A DNA stretch of 64,000 bases, taken from assembly GCA_017451545.1 (NCBI GenBank), contig JAFTOB010000025.1, positions 3,721 to 67,720 of the forward strand, given 5' to 3'. Source of the stretch: Clostridia bacterium (lineage in GTDB: Bacteria > Bacillota > Clostridia > Oscillospirales > CAG-272). The notes beneath the pieces were generated by a model. That model was not told the origin of the DNA. It did no database searches and worked only from the letters and a program-made list of their open reading frames with translations. Positions 57,212-64,000 of this stretch are shown here, in pieces. Each line of letters begins with the position of its first letter. The first letter of the stretch is position 1. The position numbers were made by a program, and so were the translations under genes.

Positions 57212-58789
57212 TCAGAACGGGTCTGCGGTAGAATCCTCGCAAACGTAGGAAAGCAGAATAGCTCTCTGCTCGGGTGAATAGGGGCTATACCCGCCCTCCA
57301 CCGGATATGCATACACGCTTGTGATCTCCGTACTTATATCATTCAGCGCGGCAGTTGCGATCTGCTCCATACTGCGACTGTTGGCCTCGCGGTCATAAAT
57401 ACCGTAAATGTAGACCTCGTGACCGTCCTTTATGTATTTCAGATATCCGACCGCGGAAAACTCGCGGGAGCTCTTCTGAATATCCACCAAAGCGGCGCGG
57501 ATAGTGACACTTCCGTCGGCATTTTCGGTGATACCGTCCTCTGCCACTATGTTTTGATAGGTCCTTCCCTTTCCGTCAAGCCCGTCCATAGTGAAAATCG
57601 CAAGCTCGGAAAGATAATCTGTGGGACAAATAACAGTGCCGTAGGACACCTGCGTGCCGCTGTCAGCCATGGAAGAGGCATAATCAATTATCGCTTTAGG
57701 TATATTCGTGGTAAAGCGCAGTCCGCTGCTGCCCTCCACAAGTCTTGCGGATGCTCCGCGATTTGTTTCGGGCAGATCCAGCGTCGTAGAGGTGTAAAAG
57801 GTCTCGCCGTTTGGCGCAATAACGCTCTCACTTCCCGCCTGCGTACTTCCACCCTCGCTCATATAGAAGGTGTAAAACGGGTTCGCGTTGCTGAAACCGC
57901 CGGTAATGCAGAAAATATTGGTTGCTTTACCGTCGCTTCGGTCGGCCGCCGTCTGCATATTGCTGAAAGCTCCGCCGTAAATGTTACGAGTACCTCCGCT
58001 TCGCAGAACCACGCCCACGTTTCTGACTGCCAATGCGCCACCGTAAACGTTGACCGTCGCCGTTGCCGTATCAGAGCCGGTAATAACGCGGTAAGACCCT
58101 GTATTTTCAAAATATCCGCCGTATACGTTAAGCGTTGATCCGCTGGCAACCGAAAAGACTGCATTGCCACCGGGAGCAACGCCGTACCCTCCGCAGGCGT
58201 TGACTACGCATCCGGAGCTCATGCTGAACAGCGAGCCGTTGGTTGCGGTGTGAACGCCGCCGTCAACGGTGAGAGTTCCGCCGGCGCGCGCCGCAAGCAC
58301 CACTATGTTATATACGTTTGTATTTACGTCCTCGCCGAGGATCAGATGGGTCTGAAAATAAAACTTGAACCCACCGCCCGACGCGGCCGTAATGTTCATA
58401 TTCTTAAATGTAACAGTTCCGACAGGCAGAGATGCGGCGGCTGTTGCGTCACTGCCCGTGTATGCGGCAGCCGTGCCACCCGAAACAGCAAACAGATAGT
58501 CGCTGCCCGTGTAGGTTATGCTCTTTCCGTTGCCGTCCACCGTAATGTTGTTGCCCTTGATCCAGATGTTGGTCTGCGTGACCGTGACATCCGAGAGCAA
58601 AACAAGGGTGTCGCCGTCTGTCAGTGCGGCCGCGGCCGCCGAGAGAGTTGCGTAGTGGGTCTCACTGTTGTCCGTAGAAACGATCTTCGCCTCATAGGTC
58701 TCCTCTGCCACTGCGGCAAAGGGAAGAGCGGGCAGAAGAATCAACAGGAGCATCGTCATTGCGAGCAATAGTGAAATCCTTCTTTTCAT
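57212..58789 (-). CDS. secreted beta-helix-like repeat protein, paralogue of the N-terminal two-thirds of the downstream gene (525 aa)
   Basis: The signal peptide is MKRRISLLLAMTMLLLILLPALPFAAVAEE. It has N(V/I)YGG repeats. It shares the middle domain GASARLVEGSSGLRFTT...ENADGSVT...ANSRSMEQIA with the 54654 protein. Confidence 0.7.
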   Translation of the reverse strand: MKRRISLLLAMTMLLLILLPALPFAAVAEETYEAKIVSTDNSETHYATLSAAAAALTDGDTLVLLSDVTVTQTNIWIKGNNITVDGNGKSITYTGSDYLFAVSGGTAAAYTGSDATAAASLPVGTVTFKNMNITAASGGGFKFYFQTHLILGEDVNTNVYNIVVLAARAGGTLTVDGGVHTATNGSLFSMSSGCVVNACGGYGVAPGGNAVFSVASGSTLNVYGGYFENTGSYRVITGSDTATATVNVYGGALAVRNVGVVLRSGGTRNIYGGAFSNMQTAADRSDGKATNIFCITGGFSNANPFYTFYMSEGGSTQAGSESVIAPNGETFYTSTTLDLPETNRGASARLVEGSSGLRFTTNIPKAIIDYASSMADSGTQVSYGTVICPTDYLSELAIFTMDGLDGKGRTYQNIVAEDGITENADGSVTIRAALVDIQKSSREFSAVGYLKYIKDGHEVYIYGIYDREANSRSMEQIATAALNDISTEITSVYAYPVEGGYSPYSPEQRAILLSYVCEDSTADPF

Positions 58790-59054
58790 TGAGGTCTCCT
58801 TTCTACCGCCTTTGGCGGCATAAAAATATAAAAAAATATGGCAATCCTAAGTTTATACAGGTCGGCGAGCGACGACAGTTTTTGGGTCAGTCTGCAAGCG
58901 GTCGGAAAGAACCGGCTCGTTTGTCGCGATTGGCGGAAAAGCTTCGTTGGTTCGACGGCGGGTATCACTAAAAGATTGCCATCAATCACGGAAATATCCG
59001 TGGTTTTTTATTTTGTTTCAGGCACGCGCAAGATCTGCACTGCCTCTTTTTTGT

Positions 59055-59083
59055 ATAATACCATAAAATGTAAATGGTGTCAA
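59055..59083 (-). promoter_or_regulatory. sigma-A promoter about 260 nt upstream of the 57212 gene
   Basis: On the minus strand: TTGACA-N17-TATTAT. Confidence 0.5.
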
Positions 59084-59139
59084 TAGTGCAAATAAACTTT
59101 TTTGTTTTTTAACATTTTGGAAAAAACTTATTAAAATCA

Positions 59140-59213
59140 CATCGGTTATCGGGGTTGTATTACCGTTGGTATCGTAGGTGAAATTGTACACCGTGGATTC
59201 GGTGTAATGGACT
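59140..59213 (-). pseudogene. short RHS/YD-repeat remnant (third, truncated cassette)
   Basis: It reads ...STVYNFTYDTNGNTTPITD directly after repeat copy B. This is similar to YNYTYDSNGNITQITD in the orphan gene. It then degenerates into AT-rich sequence. Confidence 0.45.
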
Positions 59214-59290
59214 AAAAACTCCGCGCCTGACCGAGCCGCCTTGACGACCCGTGCCAAGCGCGGAGAAATTTAGTTATTTTTTAGTTTTCC
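59214..59290 (-). repeat. conserved ~76-bp cassette-end element, copy B (GC-rich hairpin plus T-run)
   Basis: On the minus strand: GAAAACTAAAAAATAACTAAATTT-CTCCGCGC...GCGCGGAG-TTTTT. It differs from copy A at about 4-5 positions and starts right after the immunity gene stop. Confidence 0.7.
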
Positions 59291-59854
59291 TCACGATAGA
59301 GAATCGTACCATGTCTTTACGTCCTCTATCTTATATTTTTGAGAATCAAAACAAATCGAAAGATCTCCGCTATCATGATAAAAAAGCAACATATCCGCAA
59401 AATGATTAAGAATAATATCCTCAAATTTGTGATTTAGATAATCGAAATGATACTTTTTGAAAACTTCCCAATCTACTTTAGAATTAAACATAATAGTATC
59501 GGGATAATAATCAAAAATATATGGAACAAAATCATAGTCATATTCATTTGAATTGATTCTCGCTACTATTAAATATTTACTCAGTATCTCTATATCTCCG
59601 TTATCTTGGAAAAAGGCTGGAATTTCACTTTCAAGCTTTTTTTGTTGTTTCCTTGTTAAATTCAAGCAATCTACTCTATAAAATCCCCAAAAAACACTAT
59701 CGTCAATAAAAAATTCTCTAATAATTTTTTTGATAATGTATGAAAAGTTTTTTTGATAACGAAAATTATTGATTTTTATGGTACAAATATTAGGAGTGTT
59801 TTTATATTCTTCAACAGTTATATGTCGTCTATTCAATCCAAACGCCTCCATCAT
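59291..59854 (-). CDS. putative immunity protein for the orphan RHS C-terminal toxin (187 aa, AT-rich)
   Basis: The ATG at 59854 overlaps the toxin stop (TGATGATG). Composition is very AT-rich (14 G+C in 59461-59520). There is no signal peptide and no recognised family. Confidence 0.55.
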   Translation of the reverse strand: MMEAFGLNRRHITVEEYKNTPNICTIKINNFRYQKNFSYIIKKIIREFFIDDSVFWGFYRVDCLNLTRKQQKKLESEIPAFFQDNGDIEILSKYLIVARINSNEYDYDFVPYIFDYYPDTIMFNSKVDWEVFKKYHFDYLNHKFEDIILNHFADMLLFYHDSGDLSICFDSQKYKIEDVKTWYDSLS

Positions 59855-61914
59855 CAGTGACCTGGAGGATGAGTATGAAACCCATGTGCTGGGTCCCAAT
59901 CTATCCTGAATCGTCCAAAAAAGCCTTTATAACTAAATATTGTTCCTCCAGTGCCACCTGAAGCATTTGGATTTTGGTAAAACATCTCAATATTTTTACC
60001 AACATTAAAACCATAGCCGTTATTTATAGAAAAAATCTTTGATTCTACTATTTTAGGCATAGCATTGTCCAAATTGATTGGAGCCGCATATAGGTTAGCA
60101 CAAATGACACCTATATCATATACATCTTCAGCTAGCTCTGCTAACTCGTCTCCTCCTATTTCTCGTCCTATTTCCTTAACACCTGTTCGAATAATGTTGT
60201 CTTCTCGCAACAGATTGGAATCTGTTGCATCATTTACAACTTGACCAATTCCTTGCGTAGCTGTCGCAGCTCCATTTACAATCAAAAATCCAGCTACCAC
60301 GGCTCCAACGCCAGTCCAACCTACAGCCGCCGCAAGTGCAAAACCAGCAGTCACTTGTGCAATACCGCTAACAACATTCAACGCCCCAATCAACCACTTT
60401 GGCCATTCGCCACTAGGATCATTCATATTGGCGGGATTATTAGAGCAATATACGTATAGATTATATCCTATTATATTGCCACCTACACCGGACATCTCGC
60501 CATCTGCATTGATAAATCTACCAATACTCGGGTCGTAATATCTTGTTTGCAGATAGTATAGGCCTGTAACGCTATCGTAGTAATAGCTTCGGTATGTAAA
60601 GGGGTTGTTGTTATAGATGTAGGTATCTGCGGTGCTATACGTTACGCCTGTGGGGCGAGTTTTGGTGGTGTTACCCCAAGCATCGTAGGTATACGAAGCA
60701 ATTTTTGTGCCTGCCTCGTTATAGATGGCTACAACGTCGCCCTGGAGATTCTTTTCGAAGAAGAACAGCTCGTATTCGTCGGCAACATCGAGCGCAGAGC
60801 GGTACTTTATACCAATGGGCGATCCGGTTTCATCGTACAGATATATCATTGTATATCTGCTTGATGTTTCGGATATGATCCTCGTGCCGTCAAGGACAAA
60901 GTCTTTTGTGGCCGAGCCGGTCATTCCGGTTCTTATTCCGTCTGCATTGTAGGTGAAGCTGATGAGAATCTCATCATAGCTCAATTCTCCGTCGGTGTAC
61001 CAGCATTGCCAAATTTCGATAAGCTTTCTACCTTCCCAAACGTAGCGATAGCCTTCGGTTCCGGCTGTGTTGGTCTTTGTGATGGGATTTCCTATCTCAT
61101 CATAAGTATACACCCAGCCGTTGGCACTTGTTAGCTGATCGCCCCAATTTGAGTTGGAGTAATCGTACTCATAATAGCCCCAACACTCATAGTTCTCGGA
61201 CGTGGAGAACTCACCGTACTCCATTATGGTTCGGTTGCCCGCGTTATCGTAAGTCCAAACATACGTCTGACCCAACGCCCGGTTATCCTCACGGATGAGC
61301 TGGCCGATGTCATCGTACCAATACTGATTCTGTATTACTCCGTTGGCATCGGTTATCTGAGTTATATTACCGTTAGAATCGTAGGTATAATTGTAGGTGG
61401 TGCTACTGAGGTTGGTGTTGCTCGTTCCCCGCTCTATCTTGTACTGTGATACAAGAGGGGTGCGCATACCGTAACTTTCCCAATACTGGTAGGTTATTTT
61501 TGCATTGAAAACTCCGGTTGAGCCTACGACGTAATCATAGGTTTTCTGCGTGGTCATGCCCAGATTATCGTAGGTCGGACGAATGGTTCCACCAAGGTTG
61601 CCGGTGCTACCCATACCCATTGAGTAGAGCGTACCGTCATTGTTATATACGAAGGTATACGAGGTCTTATCGTAGGTATTAACGTAGCCGGACGAATAGT
61701 AGCGATAGCCGAGGTAATCGATGCGGTTTATCATTTCGCCCTTTTCGTTGTACTTGAACTCTCCCGTGTAGCCGATCTTGTCGGTGTCGGTGGTTGCCGA
61801 GAAGGTCTGCATCAGCTTACCCGACGGGTCGTACTTATAGTACGTTGTATCGCCGGTCTTATAGTCCTTCGAGCTATACAGCCTGCCGCCGTTGTCGTAG
61901 GTGTACTCGGCCAC
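59854..61914 (-). CDS. orphan RHS/YD-repeat protein fragment with distinct C-terminal toxin domain (686 aa as drawn, GTG start)
   Basis: Many YD repeats are present (YTYDNGGRL, YKYDPSGKL, YTYDAWGN) and the core ends at RYYDPSIGRFINADG...NDPSGEW. There is no N-terminal secretion domain. The frame is open upstream to 62043 without a start codon. Residues 317-504 are ~90% identical to the main RHS gene, after which the two diverge. Confidence 0.75.
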   Translation of the reverse strand: MAEYTYDNGGRLYSSKDYKTGDTTYYKYDPSGKLMQTFSATTDTDKIGYTGEFKYNEKGEMINRIDYLGYRYYSSGYVNTYDKTSYTFVYNNDGTLYSMGMGSTGNLGGTIRPTYDNLGMTTQKTYDYVVGSTGVFNAKITYQYWESYGMRTPLVSQYKIERGTSNTNLSSTTYNYTYDSNGNITQITDANGVIQNQYWYDDIGQLIREDNRALGQTYVWTYDNAGNRTIMEYGEFSTSENYECWGYYEYDYSNSNWGDQLTSANGWVYTYDEIGNPITKTNTAGTEGYRYVWEGRKLIEIWQCWYTDGELSYDEILISFTYNADGIRTGMTGSATKDFVLDGTRIISETSSRYTMIYLYDETGSPIGIKYRSALDVADEYELFFFEKNLQGDVVAIYNEAGTKIASYTYDAWGNTTKTRPTGVTYSTADTYIYNNNPFTYRSYYYDSVTGLYYLQTRYYDPSIGRFINADGEMSGVGGNIIGYNLYVYCSNNPANMNDPSGEWPKWLIGALNVVSGIAQVTAGFALAAAVGWTGVGAVVAGFLIVNGAATATQGIGQVVNDATDSNLLREDNIIRTGVKEIGREIGGDELAELAEDVYDIGVICANLYAAPINLDNAMPKIVESKIFSINNGYGFNVGKNIEMFYQNPNASGGTGGTIFSYKGFFGRFRIDWDPAHGFHTHPPGH

Positions 61915-61941
61915 GGTCTCAAACGCTCCGCCGCTACCTGT

Positions 61942-61970
61942 ATTATACAGTATTTCCGACGTTCTGTCAA
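61942..61970 (-). promoter_or_regulatory. exact consensus promoter at the 5' edge of the orphan RHS cassette
   Basis: On the minus strand: TTGACA (61970-61965), N17, TATAAT (61947-61942), about 28 nt upstream of GTG 61914. Confidence 0.5.
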
Positions 61971-61976
61971 GAGTCC

Positions 61977-62052
61977 AAAAAACTCCGCGCCCGACCGAGC
62001 CGCCTTGACGACCCGTGCCAAGCGCGGAGAAATTAGTTGTTTTTTAGTTTTC
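61977..62052 (-). repeat. conserved ~76-bp cassette-end element, copy A
   Basis: The same element as 59214-59290. It lies about 80 nt downstream of the first immunity gene. Confidence 0.7.
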
Positions 62053-62130
62053 GGGAGGACACACAGAACCGTCCATCTGTGTTCTCGACAGGCCAGTTTT
62101 CACGCTAATCATCCCCTGTGTTCAATGTGT

Positions 62131-62517
62131 TCAATATATATCTATTGCAATATCCGCTTTAAGCATATGAATTTTCTCCATGTTTGCTCCATCAAAAATC
62201 AATGCTGGATATTTATCGTAATGCTGAAATGTGATATCAATAACCACTTTTGCATTAAATTGGCTTTGTGCTAATAATAGAATCTCAAAATTGCATTGTG
62301 AAAACAGTTCGGTCAAAAGATCGTTTACTTCCCAACAGCAAATATTCTTTACTTCGACATATGTCATTTCTAACATATTATCATAAATTTGGATGTCTTT
62401 ATTTATTCCGAATAGAGTTACTGCTTGAGAAAAAGACACCATTTGGGGAAACATAAGAACTATATTGCCATCGAAATTAGGCGGTTTACTATTTTTTAAA
62501 TTCACTCTTTCCTCCAT
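62131..62517 (-). CDS. putative immunity protein for the main RHS Hint-toxin (128 aa, AT-rich)
   Basis: It overlaps the toxin gene 3' end by 16 nt. It is AT-rich with no signal peptide and no recognised family. Confidence 0.55.
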   Translation of the reverse strand: MEERVNLKNSKPPNFDGNIVLMFPQMVSFSQAVTLFGINKDIQIYDNMLEMTYVEVKNICCWEVNDLLTELFSQCNFEILLLAQSQFNAKVVIDITFQHYDKYPALIFDGANMEKIHMLKADIAIDIY

Positions 62518-64000
62518 AAATTAGTTAGATCTTTAAAAAAGTAAATGGTTTCTTTCCATATTTTACCTGCTTTGTCACCCACCCACAATTTTCCTTTGTT
62601 TGCGGTATCTTTGTATATATCATACCTCGAAATTTGGTTTTTGGGAATTTTCGCCGCTTCATTCTTAAATGCATGAGCATCTATATTATTACTATTAATA
62701 TAACTATCGCTCACTTTCGAGGGTGATTTGGGTTTACAGTCATTATGAACTAAAATATTTGTCTGTCCAACATGGTATGTATGAAAATCTTCAACCTCAA
62801 AGTTATATACAGTTACAGGTGTTTCAAGGATCTCATGCTGTATCTGCTCAAGAACAACATACTCGCCGTTGACTGTAACAAGTATATCACCGGCTCTCAG
62901 GTCGATTGCAGAAATCCACCCTTTTCGAGGAACATAAAATGGGTGAGTCGGCGTAGCCGTAATAGTTTCTTCTCCGATAGTTAGATGAACAAGTTCATTT
63001 GCTTCATTCACAAAGGTTTGAACTACTTGTTTTAGCTCTGTTTCATCGGTTGCAGGGTTAGTTGCCCATACCATATCTCCGGATTTTATCTGTTCAATAG
63101 GTATCAGCCCATCCGATGATGAGACAAGTGTCCCCTCAACAAAGCAAACCCCTTCCGAAGGTGCTGACTGAACAATAGAAGAACCTAACGAAATACCCGC
63201 AATAGATATATCCTTTAGACCATCATATACCTCTTCGCCTACGGCATCTTTAAGTGGATTTTCATCCGTAATAGATTCGTAAACCTCCGATGCACCTACC
63301 GCAGCAGCCGTTGCACCGGATACCGCCATAACCGCATACCCTACCGCAACCAACGGAGCACACGCTCCACCGGACAGAGCAACCGCAGCTACTGCCATCA
63401 CTCCAACCGTCGCCAACAATACACCCTTAAACAACTTATCCCAATTAGGCCAATCTCCAAAAGGATCAACCATATTAACGGGATTGTTGAAGCAATACGC
63501 ATATAAATTATATCCTATTATATCTCCGCCAACACCAGATATCTGCCCGTCCGCATTGATAAATCTACCAATACTCGGATCGTAGTATCTTGTTTGAAGA
63601 TAATAAAGGCTTGTTTGGCTGTCGTAATAATAGCTACGGTATGTAAAGGGGTTATTGTTATAGATGTAGGTATCTGCGGTGCTATACGTTACACTGGTGG
63701 GGCGGGTTTTTGTGGTGTTACCCCAAGCATCGTAAGTATAGCTTGCAATCTTTGTGCCGGATTCGTTGTAGATAGCAACAACATCGCCTTGGAGATTCTT
63801 TTCGAAGAAGAACAGCTCGTATTCGCTTGCGGCATCCAACATGGAACGGTACTTTATGCCTATGGGAGAACCGGTTTCATCGTACAGATATACCATTGTG
63901 TATCTGCTTGATGTTTCGGATATGATTCTCGTGCCGTCAAGGACAAAATCCTTGGTGGTCGAGCCGGTCATTCCGGTTCTTATTCCGTCGGCATTATAGG
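62502..64000 (-). CDS. RHS/YD-repeat polymorphic toxin, C-terminal part (5' end beyond window): RHS core end, Gly/Ala-rich TM segment, Hint domain, ~79-aa unknown toxin
   Basis: The frame is open to the window edge (...YNADGIRTGMTGSTTKDF...). The core ends at RYYDPSIGRFINADG...VDPFGDW. The Hint domain runs from CFVEGTLV to ILVHN. The tail is DCKPKSPSKVSDSYINSNNIDAHAFKNE... Confidence 0.8.
   Translation of the reverse strand, partial: YNADGIRTGMTGSTTKDFVLDGTRIISETSSRYTMVYLYDETGSPIGIKYRSMLDAASEYELFFFEKNLQGDVVAIYNESGTKIASYTYDAWGNTTKTRPTSVTYSTADTYIYNNNPFTYRSYYYDSQTSLYYLQTRYYDPSIGRFINADGQISGVGGDIIGYNLYAYCFNNPVNMVDPFGDWPNWDKLFKGVLLATVGVMAVAAVALSGGACAPLVAVGYAVMAVSGATAAAVGASEVYESITDENPLKDAVGEEVYDGLKDISIAGISLGSSIVQSAPSEGVCFVEGTLVSSSDGLIPIEQIKSGDMVWATNPATDETELKQVVQTFVNEANELVHLTIGEETITATPTHPFYVPRKGWISAIDLRAGDILVTVNGEYVVLEQIQHEILETPVTVYNFEVEDFHTYHVGQTNILVHNDCKPKSPSKVSDSYINSNNIDAHAFKNEAAKIPKNQISRYDIYKDTANKGKLWVGDKAGKIWKETIYFFKDLTNLWRKE

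Noticed and set aside
21769-58789. A diversity-generating retroelement or phase-variation mechanism behind the six paralogous secreted proteins.
   Set aside because: No reverse transcriptase, template/variable repeat pair, invertible-promoter inverted repeats or homopolymer tracts were seen. The differences are whole-domain rearrangements, not localised hypervariation.
58790-59050. A c-di-GMP (GEMM-I/II) or other named riboswitch in the long leader of the secreted-protein operon.
   Set aside because: I could not find the conserved GGCAAACC / GGGACGCAAAGCC-type cores or any other class signature by eye. I kept it only as an unexplained long leader.
59214-62052. Integron attC sites or shufflon recombination sites as an explanation for the 76-bp cassette-end repeats.
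   Set aside because: There are no R''/R' (RYYYAAC/GTTRRRY) cores and no integron integrase or invertase gene in the window. A hairpin plus T-run fits a terminator or homology junction better.

Overview
This 64-kb window looks like chromosome from a moderately GC-rich, spore-forming Firmicute (Clostridia-like). Supporting signs are spoVT, rubrerythrin, a glycyl-radical enzyme, GGAGG-type RBSs and many TTGACA-N17-TATAAT promoters. I support about 50 protein genes and two tRNAs (Val-GAC, Ser-CGA).

The left third is mainly housekeeping and regulatory: a partial GH2 beta-galactosidase, AraC regulators, spoVT, dinB, mtaB, rpmB, an ApbE/Gx/NusG-II operon, and LicD/Wzy-like envelope genes.

From tRNA-Val onward the content is mostly accessory:
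- Six large paralogous secreted proteins or lipoproteins, built from shuffled modules: beta-helix-like repeats, a catalytically degenerate GDPD-like domain, and a calcineurin-type or EEP phosphoesterase.
- A LacI-linked minus-strand cluster in which such proteins flank an unusually compact glycyl-radical enzyme (660 aa, Cys-x-Glu loop, atypical R-I-W-G-W glycine loop), its activase and a cytoplasmic GH36/raffinose-synthase-like enzyme.
- An SGNH / ADP-ribosylglycohydrolase / nucleoside-hydrolase operon.
- An IclR regulator next to an internally duplicated QueG/RdhA-like Fe-S protein.
- A five-gene redox/hydrolase operon.

The right end is an RHS/YD-repeat polymorphic-toxin array. It holds a main gene that runs out of the window (Hint domain plus an unknown C-terminal toxin), AT-rich immunity genes, an orphan RHS-CT/immunity cassette with its own consensus promoter, and a further remnant. 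A conserved ~76-bp hairpin element closes each cassette.

I saw no CRISPR array, IS element, integrase or prophage genes. Many long ORFs in the track are codon-aligned antisense shadows of real genes. Coordinates refined by hand may be off by 1-2 nt.
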